Below are positions 26,834 through 39,759 of a stretch of DNA of 64,000 nucleotides, piece after piece. Where the stretch lies: positions 89,962,001-90,026,000 of the forward strand of contig CM126216.1 of NCBI GenBank assembly GCA_052327205.1, given 5' to 3'. The DNA is from Somniosus microcephalus (lineage: Eukaryota). The notes below the pieces were generated by a model. It ran no database searches. It was not told the origin of the DNA and saw nothing but the letters and a program-made list of their open reading frames with translations. Made by a program: the position numbers and the translations under genes. Position 1 is the stretch's first letter, and every line of letters begins with the position of its first letter.

Positions 26834-27236
26834 TATTCCAAGTTGTACCCAGGTCTTCTATTGTGACAAAAAATTGACTATCTTTAGAGATACTTGGACC
26901 AATCGTGTAGATAGATTGAGGTGGCAGTGATTAAACTTTATTCAGCACAAGCGAGACTTGATAAGGTATAATTGAGATTTGTATTACCCAGTTTATTGGC
27001 CTTGGGTAGGAGCAGTGATGACAAATGCCTGCACCCTCTGTCCCGAACCCCTGGTTCGTCCTCTGAGCATCTCTCGGATTCCTTGTATTTTCTCAGAATT
27101 CTTCTACGCCTCCTGTCTGTTTGGGCCCCTTCTTATACCCTTTTCTATAATTGAATTAGTGAGATGCAATAGTTTTCAATCATAGGCTTACACCCATCAT
27201 CTTATTGTCCAATTAAAGAAATGCAACGCACGCAAT

Positions 27237-28481
27237 GGGCTCGATTTTAATAGCTTTGAGGAGGCGGGTTTGGAGGCGGGCCGGCAGCGAAAATCGGAGA
27301 AAATGGCTTCAGACCCTCAACCCACCTCCATCCCGCCCCACCCGATTTTCATGAGTGTCGAGTCGGCCGCTCCTAAACTGAGCAAACGGGAACCGGAGGG
27401 ACAGGTAGCTAACAGCCTGTTAACTGCCTTGCTATTCCTATTTTTATAGCGGTTTCCCATTTTCATGCTTCTGGCTCCTGTTTCCCGTCTTGTCAGAAAC
27501 ACGCCAGCTGCAAGGAGACGAGCTTCTCGAGGACATGATTTGTAGTCATTGGTGCAGCACTTTAAAAGCGCTCCTGTAACTTTGTTGTTGGAGGTTTGGG
27601 ATAAGACTTTGCAAATCTACTGACCTTGTGACTGTTCAAGCTGACACCCATCTGCAGTGTTAGCTGATTGGAATAATTTCAGGCCACTTTGAGTGTGTGC
27701 TTGCAAGCTTCTTGCACATGATGCGCCAGGTTGACACCATCCCACACTAGCCCCATGAAGCATCCCTTTAATATCCAAGCCATTCCATGCACACATCACT
27801 ATAGCAGTGGGGGGGGGGGGGGGTTATGACTGAACAATCACTGGAACACAGTAAGACACTTCTCAAGGTGCGCTCAGATCTGTCCAATAAGGGGCACTTT
27901 TGGAAAAAGATATTACACTGTATGACAACACATTACCAGAAACTTCACATGGACATTGGCTAAACATCTCAAGTGCTTACCCTTGTGTATTGTTACTTGG
28001 TATGCTTGCAGTAGGATGAGGGTGAGCGTGAGGGGTGGCTAGTGAGATGGAGAAGTGATAAAGTAGATAGAGAGGGTTAGGTGGAGGTTCAAGGTAAGTT
28101 GGTATCCTGGGGAGGTCTCTTCCACCCTTGGAAGGGAAAAGAACCTCCTTGCATGCTGTGACTCCCTCCATAAGCATATGGAGGGAGTCATTGGCGAGCC
28201 TGGGTGCAACTGTTCACCTTTGTGCAGTGATTGTCAGTGTTTGCAGCACCTCAATGCTGTCAAACACTGACAGATCAACGGTCAAAATAAAATTGTGCAT
28301 GGTCCCTTTAAGGAAACTGGCTGATGACGCATCATTAAATGACATCATCAGACCTGCTTCCTGTTAATTGGCTGGTAAGCCCGCTTACCAAGGCCAATCA
28401 AAGGAAAATCACGTCTGCAGAGCCGAGGCAGCTGGGGGCGGGACCCGCCCCCATCACGCCTCCAGAATTAAATTTGCGGCC
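27237..28481. mobile_element. Non-autonomous PIF/Harbinger element with a Myb/SANT ORF remnant
   Basis: Imperfect TIR gggctcgattttaa / ttaaatttgcggcc; TSD AAT; minus-strand APRLANDSLHMLMEGVTACKEVLFP at about 28110-28207. Confidence 0.72.
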
Positions 28482-28767
28482 AATGTCGCTGTCTGCTCAG
28501 GTTTTGATCTCTGACATCACTTATTTTGACTGTTGGGGCTGTTACTAGTGCAGCTATTGTAACACGGAAAAACGTGTCTCCACACTGAAGAGGTTTGGCA
28601 TCCTTGATCACCTGCAAATTGATTAGGTTACCCGCCTGTTGTTGGTTCCCATGGGAACATAGCTGCCTCTGATTGCTATCCTATTCTCTCTTATTTTTGC
28701 TGATAGCCGACTTTTTCACTTAATTTTAGTCGGATTACTCATAATTGTCTTTTAATTAAAGACAAAG

Positions 28768-28893
28768 GGCCATCAACCTGAAACATTAACTCTGTTTCTC
28801 TCTCCACAGATGCTGCCTGACCTGCTGAGTATTTCCAGCATTTTCTGTTTTTATTTCAGATTTCCAGCATCCACAGTATTTTGCTTTTGTATT
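28768..28893 (+). mobile_element. Penelope-type terminal fragment
   Basis: ctgaaacattaactctgtttctctctccacagatgctgcctgacctgctgag; an inverted copy lies at 57703-57825. Family assignment is from recall. Confidence 0.65.
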
Positions 28894-28970
28894 GTCTTTT
28901 AATTGTCTCGCTTCTCCTTCTATTCTTGTCAGCTTGCACCACTCCCTAACGGTCATTTGCTGGAGCCAGT

Positions 28971-29668
28971 GGCCTAGAAATTCAGTCACGTTTGCGCCCA
29001 CTTATTGGCTAAAGAGTGGTTTGCGCCGGAAGTTTGTTAGTGCCCGAAATTCAGTTGGTCCCTAAAATCGGTGTTAGCCGGTAGCGCTGCGCCGGCACCG
29101 ATGACGTCATCGGTGTGCGCAGCGCCCCGGTTCCAACGCGATTCCGTGCCGAAGGCCAAATTCAGTTGCGACCGCCTCGCCCGTAGCGGCCGCAAACAGC
29201 GTTTGAAAAACGGGGCCTTGCAGCTCCGAGAGGCCGGCGCATAAAGGTGGAGGGGCGGCCAGCCGCTTTCCCGGCGGCCGCCTGGCCGCACCTCCCTCCC
29301 TGGACTCCTGCACTACCCCCCCGCGGCATTGATGTCTGACTCCCGCGAGCCCGGCACTTCTCCGTGGTGCCGGGCTCATTTGCCGGGGGAATCCAACGGC
29401 GATCTCACGGCTGCAGGCAGCTCCTCCTTAAGAGAAGGAGGAGGCCTGCAGTACCCCAGCCTGCCGCACCGCATCGGGTGGCGCAGCGGCAGCTGGACGC
29501 CTGAAACTGACTTTCATCGCCCCAAGCGAGGCGGCCAAACCCTGCAATAGCACCCGCCTCCGTCTTGGGGCGCTGCAACTGAATTTCAGGCGGGCGCTAC
29601 GGGAATCCGGGCGAGCGCTAAATTTCGGGTGCTAACGACCTGGCGCGGCGATAGCGAATTTCTAGGCC
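28971..29668. mobile_element. Young GC/CpG-rich PIF/Harbinger-like MITE
   Basis: Perfect 13-bp TIR ggcctagaaattc / gaatttctaggcc; TSD AGT. Confidence 0.85.
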
Positions 29669-30089
29669 AGTGGGCCTCTGAGATCACGCAAGCAGTAAAA
29701 TAGAGCAATGGCGTAAGGCACCAGCACTCTAGCATATATATATTTCAATTAAACATTTATTCTTATTAAGCAATTAATGTACATTGGAGGATTCTCAGGT
29801 AATCCCACCACAAGGATGCGGTTGATGGGATTACCTGGGATGCGGTAAATTTAATTTGGATATGTATAAGGGTAATGCATATAGGAACAGGTAACAGTAT
29901 AGATGTGCACAACAGGAAGGGACCTTTTATGTAGTAGGCCAGTTCAGATGTAGAGCCACACAAACCTAGCCTCATAGGGATGCAATCAAGTGTTTCCCCA
30001 TAAAGAGCAACAACACTAAAATCTCCAAGGAAGGGTTGGTCAAACAAACTGTTGTTGGACCAGAAGTAAAATAGAAAAGGATTTAGAGG

Positions 30090-30620
30090 TCATCATTTAT
30101 CATACTGTGAAAGCAATTGGTCAGTGTGAGGCAGTTATTAATAAGGCAAATTGGGTATTGGGGTGCATCTGGAAGGCATCGAGAACAAGTTATAATGGCA
30201 TTGAACAGGTCAATGGTGAGGCCAATTCTGGAGTATGGTGTGCAGTTTTAGTCATCTTCCTTTAAAAAGTATGTAGAGGCTTTAGAAAGTATCCATACAG
30301 AGTGACCGGGATGATTCCAGGCCTTAGGAGACTAACTTATGAAGACAACCTCAAGTGACTCAACTTTTTTTTCATTGAACAAAAGACTGAGGGGAGAAAT
30401 GATTCCAGCTTCAAAATAATGAAAAAATACAGCCGAGGTGGAAGTAACCACCTCACCTGTACCTTTAGCCTTTGAGGAGAGGACGCAGAATTCAAGTGTC
30501 TCAAGGGAGAGTAGAGCTTAGAAAAAAAATTCACCCCACAGAGAAGGTAAATTGATTCGGGATCAATTATATGTTGAGGTGACGAATTGAGATTAACACT
30601 GCTTTTTAGATGGAGAGGAT
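30090..30620 (+). mobile_element. Old CR1 3' fragment
   Basis: Decayed MVRPILEYGVQF motif at about 30212-30250. Confidence 0.6.
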
Positions 30621-30748
30621 GGGAAGGACATTTCTGTTCCCTAAAGTAAGGGACCAATGCAGCGTGATGCATTTGGGCAGAGCCAATTCTCACCACTGTA
30701 TAGGTTTGCACGCTCATGGCTGCTGAATGGGAGAAAGACTTGGGGGTT

Positions 30749-30888
30749 GTGGGACCTTGCGGTGTACAAATTGGCTGCCTCGTTTCCATACATTACAACA
30801 ATGACTGCACTTAAAAAGTACTTCATTTGCTGTAAGGCGCTTTGGGAGGTCATGAAAGGCACCATTTAAAATGCAAGTCCTTTCCTTT
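30749..30888 (+). mobile_element. 3' part of a SacSINE1-like SINE
   Basis: Homologous to the 3' end of the SINE at 59120-59580. Confidence 0.7.
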
Positions 30889-31711
30889 AGGAACTGGCTT
30901 TGGTTAGCCATCCTGAACAGAATCGATACTAAAACTGCAATTTATCTCTGTGACATTTAGGAATGTCTTATCCAGATCCCTAATGAAATAGATCAGTGGC
31001 AGACTGATTCCAACAGCGTCCTGTTTTCTATAAAGAATCCTAGTTTTGAGAATGAAGTGTAGGCTCGTTGACATGATCCAGATGTTGGCACAATTGTAAA
31101 ACTTATCCCTCTTCAGTGCTTTAGAATAGCTACTAATTTGACAAGGTTTAAATAGTCCATAGGAAAAATGTATCTGTGTTTAAGTGCATGTCTAAGAGTA
31201 TATTGTGATGCTTCATTTGACTCTGGAGTTATTCTACATTTTTAAAAAACTCAAATAAAAAAACTCAAATAAAAAGACCCAGCTATAGTTGGATTATCAG
31301 CACCGAGTAAAGAACACCAGTTAACTCTCAGCTCACCTCAGAGCCATGAAGGGTCAGCCAAAGATAAAGTTTAATGTATTGCTAAGAACTACTTTATTTC
31401 ACAACTTCTACACGTGAAAGGATAAACCTGTTGTCTAAATAACAAACCCAAATGTCGCAAAAATGGTTTCACAATTACAGTAGCGTGAAAAGTATAATTC
31501 ATGCTCTAATTTCAGTATTACAGTGGCACAGCCTTAACTTGGTTAATCTTGTGTAATGTAACAGTAGATAAAGCTGATGAAGGCACTATCAATCACCCGC
31601 GCCAGCTGTTTATGAAAGTAGGACTGATGAAACTATTCCCCACCAGTTGCGATAAACGCATCCTTGTATATTTTTACTGTTATTTAATTAAACATTGGGA
31701 AGACCAATTAT

Positions 31712-33301
31712 CTTCGAACCCCGTCAAAAACTCCCTGGCTACTGTTTTAGGCTGAACCAGACTGTTCACAACTTTGGCGTCCTATTTGGCCCAGAGCTGA
31801 GCTTCCAACCCCATATCCTCTCAATCACAAATACCGCATACTCCTGCCTCCATAGCATCACCAGTCTCTGCCCCTTGCCTCACCCCATCTGCTGCTGAAA
31901 CCCTCATCCCTGCCTTTGTTACCTCCAGACTCAACTATTCCAAAGCTCTCCAGGCTGGCCTTCCATTTTCCACCCTCCATAAACTTGGGGGTCGATTTTC
32001 CCGAAGCGGTCGGGAAAAAGACGGGACTACAACTTTCGGGTTTTAGACCCGCCTACTTCAACGTCCGGCCAATCCGTGCGATTTTCCCTTGATTGACCTT
32101 GTTGAGCCCGCCCAGCAGGCCAATTAAGGGCCACCCGGCAACAGGTGATGTCACAGACTGCAATTTCATCTGTCAAGAGTTCTTGACAGATGAAATATCA
32201 GTGTTTACAGCTGTTTGAAGCTGTCAAACACTGACAGTCTGAGTTCTGACATGAGTCCGTCTGCACAGACTCAGTTAGAACTCTCAGCAGCACTCAAAGC
32301 TGAAGGCTGTCACTTTTCACAGATCGCAGCCATTCAGCTTTAAGTGCCGGCTGAGTGATGGGCTCCCGACGCCTACAGGAAGAAAGGCTGTTAAGGTAAG
32401 TACAGGTAAGTAAATGTTCTTTACACACTTTAGACACACCAAACACACTTACCTTTGCACTCATGCACCCATCACTCACCTGGGCACCGACATCGCGACC
32501 CCTCCAACTCCTTCAACCCGACGGCCCGCCTGCTCTAACCTGGCGTGGTTTGGAGCCGTCGGGAATCCCACACGAAACCCCTCAAAATAGGGATTAGGCT
32601 AAAAACTGCCTGTTAACTACCTGTTAACAGGCAGTTAATTGGCACTAAGCCCTTCCCGCCTGGTTTCGGCGGGTCCCAGTGCGGGGCGGGTACCCGCCGC
32701 CTCTGAAAGCTGCGTGGAGCGGGGTTTTGGGCAGGATGGTGTCGGGACCCCCGAATTCAGGATTTCCCCCCCCCCCTCACCACACGCCTGAAACCCCGCC
32801 TGACGGCTCCATGAAAATCGACCCCTTGAGCTCCATATCCAAACTCGCACCAAGTCCCATTCACCCATCACCCTTGTGCTTGCTGACCTACTTTGTCTCC
32901 CGGTCCACCAATGCCTCACTTTTAAAATTCTTGATCCTCGTATTCAAATCCCTCCATGGCCTCGGCCCTCCCCCATCTCTGTAACCTCCTGCAGCCCTAC
33001 AACCTCCCAAGAACTCTGCGTTCATCTAACGCTGGCCTCTTGTGCATCCCCCACTTCCTTCTTCCACCATTGACGGCTGTGCCTTTAGCCGTCTAGGCCC
33101 TAAGCTCTGGAATTCTCTCCCTAAACCTCTCCACCGCGCTCTCCTCCTTTAAGACGTTCTTTAAAACCTACCTCTTTGACCAAGCTTTGGGTCACTCATC
33201 TTAATAGCTTGGTGTCAATTTTTGTCTGATTACACTTCTGTGAAGCGTCTTGGGACTTGTTACTAGATTAAAGGCGCTTTATAAATGCAAGTTGTTGTTG
33301 T
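31712..33301 (+). mobile_element. L2 LINE 3' portion split by a MITE
   Basis: RLNQTVHNFGVLFGPELSFQPHI; L2 3' end aaggcgctttataaatgcaagttgttgttg. Confidence 0.85.
31988..32825. mobile_element. PIF/Harbinger-like MITE
   Basis: Perfect 13-bp TIR ggggtcgattttc / gaaaatcgacccc; TSD TTG; removing it restores the L2 sequence. Confidence 0.88.
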
Positions 33302-33369
33302 GTTAAAACAGGTCTTACTCTCTGCAGTGTGTTGATTCAAGTCTGGGGAAGGGCCTTGGATAAAAATCA

Positions 33370-35510
33370 CTGGGGTAGCAGATGGAGTGGAATCGACAGA
33401 TGTTATATACCTGGATTTTCAGACTGCATTTGGTAAGGATTTCCACAGTGATTACTAACTAAAATTAAGGTGAATGGAATTGGTGACAAAATAGTGCACC
33501 GATGGAAAAATTAGTTGAGAGTCAGAGATGGAGTGACAAGAACATTCTCGGTTTGGCAGGAAGTGACTTGGTATCTCCCAAGGCCTGATCATTTCACTTT
33601 CTATATAAATGATTTAATTGTAGGAACAGAGGTTAGTTCATGGATGATGCTAAGTTAGTAAGTTGTGAAGCGAGCAGAAAATTGAAAGGACATAGGTGAA
33701 TGATTAGGCAACAAAGTTTCAATGCAATAAAGTGTGACATTGTGCACTTTGGACATAAGAATAGCAGTCTAAATGGGAAAGTACAGGCGGGCTGGATAAA
33801 CAAAGGGATTTAAGAATCCAGGCATGCATGTCATTAAAATATAGCTCAAAGGTGCAAAAAGTGATCAAAAAGGGGATGCTGGGCCAGAAATAGATGCTGA
33901 GATACTGTAGCTCTGACACTGCCAAAATGTGGTGGAACAGGACTTCAACATGCCCATGGGCAAGGATGCAGACACTGCCCTAAATCCCAGGATTCATTAA
34001 CATAGTCAGGGTTAGTAGCCCTTGCCTGTAAGGGCATATCAGAGGTGCCAGCCAGTATTCACTGGCATAGGTCGGATTGCCCCACTTGGCTAGAGTGACC
34101 CAGAGGCCCTTCCCAGACTGAAGTTAAAAAGGAAAGTAATCGTTTCTTCAGCTTCCAAGGGAGCCAAAAGGCATTTTTATTAAGGCATTTTGTCAATCCC
34201 CTCTGGGATCAATTAACTTTGTCTTGGAAACATTTGGGGCCTTTCCAAGGAGCTTAAGGAAATCATGCCAGCACTCAGCTAGAGAGAGTTCTGTTGGGCA
34301 TAATGGGCAGGAGTCCTCTAGACGTGCCTTCTTGACACAAGGTTGAGTAGAAGATCCACCCTCTCTCTACCCCACTGGAATTTTGCTGCTTCTTGAACAA
34401 GACAGAAACCTTTCCATATGGACAAGTGCAGCATGATGCATTTGGGCAGGGCCAATTCTCTTCACGTATACACCGTATAGGTTTGCACGCTCAAGGCTGC
34501 TGAATGGGAGAAGGACTTGGGGGTTGTAATTCAGGAATTACTGAAAATCTGTAACCAGTGTTACAGAAACCGGTTGCACTCCAACTCCCGGCCCCACAGC
34601 ACGAAATCCACCCTCTCTCCTCTTTTCCTAATCCAGGGCCCTGTAGGATATACAAGCAAGGAAGTATCACTGCAGTAATATAGAGCACTGGTCAGATCTC
34701 ATTTGAAGTATTGAGTTCAGTTTGGGGATTTTGGCACCACAATAATTTGCAGGCAGATCTAGACACAAAGGGGAAAATGGGCCCACGTCTGACAGATGTC
34801 TGCCCATGTCTGACAGATGTCTTTCCATATGGACAAGTGCAGCATGATGCATTTGGGCAGGGCTAATTCTCTTCACGTATACACCGTATAGGTTTGCACG
34901 CTCAAGACTGCTGAATGGGAGAAGGACTTGGGGGTTGTAATTCAGGAATTAGTAAAAATCTGTAACCAGTGTTACAAAACTGTTGCAAAAGTGAATAAGG
35001 TTTTTGGATGTATAGCTAGGAAATCAAATATAAAACTAGAAGTACAATCCTTTCCTTCTACAAGGCATTGGTGTAGCCACACCTAGACTACTATGTCCTG
35101 TTTTGGTCCCAACACATGGTGAGATTTACTAAAGGTCTGGAGAAGGTTCAGAGGAGGGCCACTCGATTGCTGCTAAGGGCCCTTAGTTATTAGGACAGGC
35201 TTAGAGAAATTGGTGCTTTTTACTTTGAAAAAGCATAGGCTTCAAGGGAATATGATTGAGATCATTAAAGTAAAATTAGATTCTGTGACAAGGTTACTTG
35301 AGCTAGCTAGGCAAGAAGAACTGGATGGAGAACATCAAGTTACAAAGGCATAGAGTTAGGTTAGATGTTAGGAAGTACTTCTTGTCGCAGAGAGTCATCT
35401 CGAGTCAGTTGCCAGTACATGCAGTGTGTGTGCTTTTGCTGCAGTCAATCATAAGGGAGCTGGGCAAATTCATGCAAATGGAAGACATCTCAAATTATAC
35501 AAGTTAGGTT
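33370..35510 (+). mobile_element. Cluster of old CR1 RT fragments
   Basis: YLDFQTAF (about 33408), FHMDKCSMMHLG (34411 and 34823), RLDVRKYFLSQRV (about 35358). Several pieces with intervening unassigned DNA. Confidence 0.65.
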
Positions 35511-35991
35511 GCTAATATCAACCACCCTGGTTTCCTGGAGCCTACCTGGTGGATATTTGTCCCCAGAGTCACGGCGCTTTTTTGCTGAATTGGCCAAATA
35601 TTCTTTTTACCTCTCCCAGGAGAGTTGATGTGGCCTGTTGGGGGTGAGGGGGGGGAAGGGTGGGATTGATGATATATGGGGTTTGCACCATGTCAGAATG
35701 GCACAGGCTTTGACGGACCAGCTGGTGTCCTGTCCTTTTCCATGTGTTTGTATGATGTAGAAGAAAAGGTTGGGATACTCTAGCACTTCAGGATCATCCT
35801 AGAGCGTAAGGAAGTATTAGCCGAAGAGAAAGAGATATGATACAGCATGTAGTTAAATCATTTTGGACTGTGTGCGCTGAAGCCTGCAAGCCTTGGATGT
35901 GAGGTTGCTAAGATGGCTGTGATACCACAGAGAGTCATGAAAGTGAGAAATGATCCAAGTTCTGGGGAAGGAGGTCATCAAAGGCAAAGTA

Positions 35992-37520
35992 CAATAACAA
36001 CTTATATTTATATAGTGCCTTTAACATAGTAAAACGTCCCAAGGCACTTCACAGGAGTATTATTAGACAAAAAATTGACACCGAGCCACATAAGATATAT
36101 GGGCAGATGACCAAAAGCTTGGTCAAAGAGGTAGGTTTTAAGGAGCGTCTTAAAGGAGGAAAGAGAGGTGGAGAGGTTTAGGGAGAGAGTTCCCGAGCTT
36201 AGGGCCTAGGCAGCTGAAGGCACGGCCACCGATGGTTGAGCGATTATAATCAGGGACGCTCAAGAAGGCAGAATTAAGAGGAGCGCAGATATCTCGGGGG
36301 CATTGTAGGGCTGGAGGAGATTACAGAGATAGGGAGGGGTGAAGCCATGGAGGGATTTGAAAACAAGGATGAGAATTTTGAAATCGAGGCATTGTTTAAC
36401 CGGGAGCCAATGTAGGTTAGTGAGTACAGGGGTGATAGGTGAATGGGACTTGGTGCGAGTTAGGACACGGGCAGCCGAGTTTTGGATGGCCTCAAGTTTA
36501 CGTAGGGTGGAATGTGGGAGGCCAGCCAGGAATGCTTTGGAATAGTCAAGTCTAGAGGTAACAAAGGCATGGATGAGGGTTTCAGCAGCGGATGAGCTGT
36601 GGCAGGGGCAGAGACGGGCAAGGTTACGGAGGTGGAAATAGGCATTCTTAATTATGCCACGGATATGTGGTTGGAAGCTCCTTCCAGGGTCAAATAACAC
36701 ACCAAGGTTGTGAACAGCCTGGTTCAGCCTCAGACAGATGTTAGGGAGAGGGATGGAGTTGGTGGCTAGGGAACGGAGTTTGTGGTGGGGACCAAAGACA
36801 ATGACTTTGGTCTTCCCAATATTTAATTGGAGAAAATTTCTGTTCATCCAGTACTGGATGTCGGACAAGCAATCTGACAATTTAGAGACTGTGGAGGGGT
36901 CAAGAGAAGTGGTGGTGAGGTAGAGCTGGGTGTAGGCAGCGTACAAGTCGAAATGTTTTCGGATAATGTCGCCAAGGGACAGCATATAGATGAGAAATAG
37001 GAGGGGGCCAAGGATAGATCCTTGGGGGACACCAGAGGTAACGATGTGGGACTGGGAAGAGAAGCCGTTGTAGGTGATTTTCTGGCTACGATTAGATAGA
37101 TAAGAATGGAACCAGGCGAGTGCAGTCCCACCCAGCTGAACAATGGTGGAGAGGCGTTGGAGGAGGATGGAGTGGTCAACCATGTCAAAGGCTGCAGACA
37201 AGTCAAGAAGGACGAAAAGGATGTCATTTGTGACTTTGATAAGAGCCGTTTCGGTACTGTGGCAATGGTGGAAACTGGATTGGAGGGATTCAAACATGGA
37301 ATTCTAGGAAAGATGGGCATGGATTTGAGAGGCGACATCACATTCAAGGACTTTGGAAAGGAAAGGGAGGATGGAGATGGGGCGGTAGTTAGCAAGGACG
37401 GAGGGGTCAAGGGTTTTTTTTTTTTCGGAGAGTGGTGATGACGGCAGATTTGAGGGAGAGGGGGACAGTACCTGAGGAGAGTGAACCGTTAACAGTGTCA
37501 GTTAACATGGGAGCCAGAAG
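35992..37520 (-). mobile_element. L2 LINE, RT and 3' end
   Basis: ORF 36260-37297: HSTETAL, LDLSAAFD, GVPQGSILGP, SRLDYS, LHWLPV. Confidence 0.93.
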
Positions 37521-39759
37521 CAAGCAAGCAAGTTAATGGAGGCACTGAAGCCATCAGCAGAGGAAATGGAGTTGGGAATTAGAGAGAGTATTAGTGAGGG
37601 AACTAGGGGTAAATTTTTTTCCAGGGATGCAGGTTAAGGAAGGCAATGTCGGTGATGAAGGAGCTGAGGAAGTGGTGAAAAATGACCTAATCAATTATCA
37701 CAATCTCAGACTTGAAGCAACAACAGTCCTACACTCTTGCACTATCCTTCTTGGAAAAAGGGTTGAGATAGCTCCAAGATGACGAGATGGAACATTTCAT
37801 GACAAACTGAGTTATCTGATGCTCGAGCCAGATAGGACTCCAGGGCACTCTTGATAATTGACTAGGCAACCTGGCTAATTGGGGACCTGGAGGGGTAAAC
37901 CCATCACAAGGGGCTGCAAATCTTCCCACTGAACTCTAGATGACCTTGCAAGCCAATGCTCTAATGTATAGGATGGTCCTAGCTGGACAGCAGTGGGAAG
38001 TTTACCAGTGTTCTGTGCTGCTAAACAGTATGGCTTTGGCTGGTCAAACTCCAGCAATGCACCTATACACCTAAGGGGTCACTTAGCCTTGGCTCTTGTC
38101 AGCTTGCTCTCTGGACTTGAGTGGGTGAGTTTGTCACTGCAGGAAGAGAGAATGAATATTGCATAATTGAGCAAACTCTATTCCTCAGGAGCTTGGTTTG
38201 AGCATTTTTAAGCATGGGTTTCCACATATGTCAGCCATATGGCTGACCAAAAATAAATGTATAGATGAAATACTTTTTTACTGATTTTCTACAGTTATGC
38301 AATTAAAATTGATCTAAATAGACTGACCCTGAAAATCCTGCGTTTGTGGCATCACTGCGAAGTACATCTAATTTGAGTGAGGCAGATGGTGTAAGTGCCA
38401 ACTTGGGCGCTTCTCTTTTGCCCGCCTGCCCCATACAGCTGTAAAATCTAGCACCTGCCCAATCGACCCGGCCCCAACCCTCCCTCCCACCCCCGCCCCC
38501 CTCCACTCCAGCTCCCAGCCAACTCCCTTTTGGCCCCACATATGGGGGCTGATTAAAGTCTTTTTTTTAATTGCTTCTTTCATCTGGATGGTGGTACGCC
38601 ACACCTCATTTGGCATACTGATCCCCAGTACAATGCCAGGTCCCTAGTGAGCCAGGAACTCTTGGCGCCCCTAGCCCTGGTTGCACGCTCTGATGACATT
38701 TGCCTTTTTTGACTGATACTGCTGCCAATTCAACCACAGGCAGCTTTCTTCTGCAAACTAATCAGAAAAAAAAAGCATTTGAAACTTTAATGTTGGCGTT
38801 CCCAAATTTAAAATGCAGAAAATTCACAGGGGTGGAATTTCCTGTGTATTCGCTCCCAGAGATGCATGTAATTGAGGCACAAAGCAAATATCCGGTGTAA
38901 AAGATCAAAGAAATTTGGGCGTAAGTATATTACGCACGTAATTACGCCACATCTCACTCTTTTACGCCTGCCTATTGATCCCTGTGCCCAAATGCATCTC
39001 AGCTCATTATAATGACTCCACTCGCAGGCTAAATTTGCTGGTTCAAAACAGGTGTAAAGTTAGGCCCAGAATTGGGTGCAGCAGGAGAGTCATTTTTCTA
39101 GTGTCTTGTGATTCTTTAGCGCAATTTTTAAAAATTATTCCTCACTGAGACCTGCTCTATATTTTTCGTTTCTTTGAATGCATTTTCATGGCATCAGTGT
39201 AAGGCACACTAAAAATTGAAAAAGCTTCTACGATTGCACCTGTTGTGCCTAATGTGCACGAACAATACTTGGATGACTTGTAACTTCAATTTCATACTTA
39301 GAGAAATATATGGGCCTAGAGTTTCCGCTTTGGGCATAATCGGTTATCTGGGCGAAAATTGCGCTCAAAATTGCACTGGTTTTGCAAAATAAATGTTTTG
39401 CTCACATTTCCGTTCAAACTCATTTGCATATTGTAAAGTCTGTAGGTATTGTGGCGAATTAATACACAGACTACAAGAGTAACTTTAACAGGACTTTACT
39501 ATTCGAAGGTCAGGGCGAATCTGCCCAATAAATCCTGACACAGCACTTATATACCGGTGTGGTCACCGTCGGTATTACAGTATACAGCAGCCAAGATAAA
39601 GTAGTGCCACACCTAAGATAGTTCTCTTAAAGGTGGACGGTTACATACAATAGTTCTCTTAAAGGTAGAACAGTTACATACACTACAATCCTCCCTTTTT
39701 AGCTTACAACATACTTATTCCCCATTAACATAACATATATACAACTTATGCAAAACAGT

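Larger units (their letters stand above)
23050..26900 (+). mobile_element. Ancient, highly decayed Gypsy gag-pol relic hosting three younger LINE inserts
   Basis: Readable remnants: DTEHAYAQVE..TFTCEWFQQYI (RNase H, about 23955), KDRIVIPQSL and HLGIKK (about 24427-24480), KSNGLA..QTIK (integrase, about 26120). Boundaries are approximate. Confidence 0.7.

Noticed and set aside
28971-29668. CpG-island promoter of a host gene
   Set aside because: The GC-rich stretch is exactly bounded by TIRs and a TSD, so it is a young MITE.
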